From assembly GCA_951804945.1 (NCBI GenBank), contig OX638161.1:23126001-23190000 (forward strand): 64,000 nucleotides of DNA, read 5' to 3'. Position 1 is the stretch's first letter, and every line of letters starts with the position of its first letter. The stretch comes from Podarcis cretensis. Taxonomy: Eukaryota. The position numbers and the translations under genes were made by a program. Below the pieces are notes generated by a model. It was not told the origin of the DNA. It searched no databases and saw only the letters and a program-made list of their open reading frames with translations. Positions 63,359 through 64,000 of this stretch are shown here, piece after piece.

Positions 63359-64000
63359 TTTGGCTTTTTAAGGAATGCCTTCTAAATTTCGGTGGACTTT
63401 ACTTTCAAATGAAGAGGGTCCCGATCCACTGAAGGAGTCCTATGGGGGCTCTGGCGTAGCTCTTGTTTGTTTCAATGGGGTTGGAGAGCTTCTCGTTGGA
63501 CTGTGCCAACTAGAAACTCGATACAGCTGTGTTTGTCATAAGTGAATGTGCGAGAGGTGCTGAAAACGTCCAGCGCCTGACACAATGTGAGATAATATAA
63601 GGACGACGACAGCAGCCCCAGCAACACTACTAGTCGTGGTCCGGACATTCCTTTTACCTTTCTATTATTTCGTTGTGATTCTTCAAACCAGTCGTATACT
63701 TATTTCTCTATCCTTCTCCCTCTCTGTTCCTTTCCTTCTTTCCATTGTATCGTCGTTTCCTTCCGATGCTCCCCTACACATCGACTTTACACTCTCTCCG
63801 TTGCTTCCCTTCCTCAAAGAAGACCGCATCAGTTTCCCCCTAGCCTAGATCTTTGTATTTGCTGAAGACCCAGCTTCATTAAATCATAACACATTTCCCC
63901 ATTTGTGTTCATTATCGGTCTATTCATCGATCGAGGTAATATAATAACTTTGCTGCCGGAGTACTTTTCTACAAGCTGTATCAGAATGTGCAAAAAAAAA

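Overview
Central part of a vertebrate HoxB cluster, all genes on the + strand: HOXB7 (1378-6623), HOXB6 (18063-20912), HOXB5 (24298-26583), miR-10a (45728-45814) and HOXB4 (47309-49897). About 14 kb of HOXB4-HOXB3 non-coding DNA follows; no HOXB3 coding exon is reached. Each Hox gene has two coding exons with a phase-1 GT-AG intron between the [YF]PWM hexapeptide and the homeobox. Recognisable regulatory DNA includes two DR5 retinoic-acid response elements (DE- and B4U-like), the Hox4 intron HB1 element, the Hoxb4/b3 CR3 enhancer, conserved blocks 3' of HOXB7 and HOXB5, candidate CTCF sites and miRNA seed sites. Introns and intergenic DNA carry about 20 decayed, palindromic ~90-125 bp MITE-like elements and many microsatellites, which suggests a squamate (lizard) genome (inference). 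Nearly all other ORFs in the track are spurious. I found no demonstrably new biological system. The best leads are a repeated CCAAT/E-box promoter module that also marks orphan promoters followed by splice donors, the MITE invasion with cryptic donors in Hox introns, a 22-aa Asn/Gly insertion in HOXB5, and a pre-miRNA-sized hairpin near 62.65 kb. Comparisons with human/mouse are from memory and need checking by alignment.
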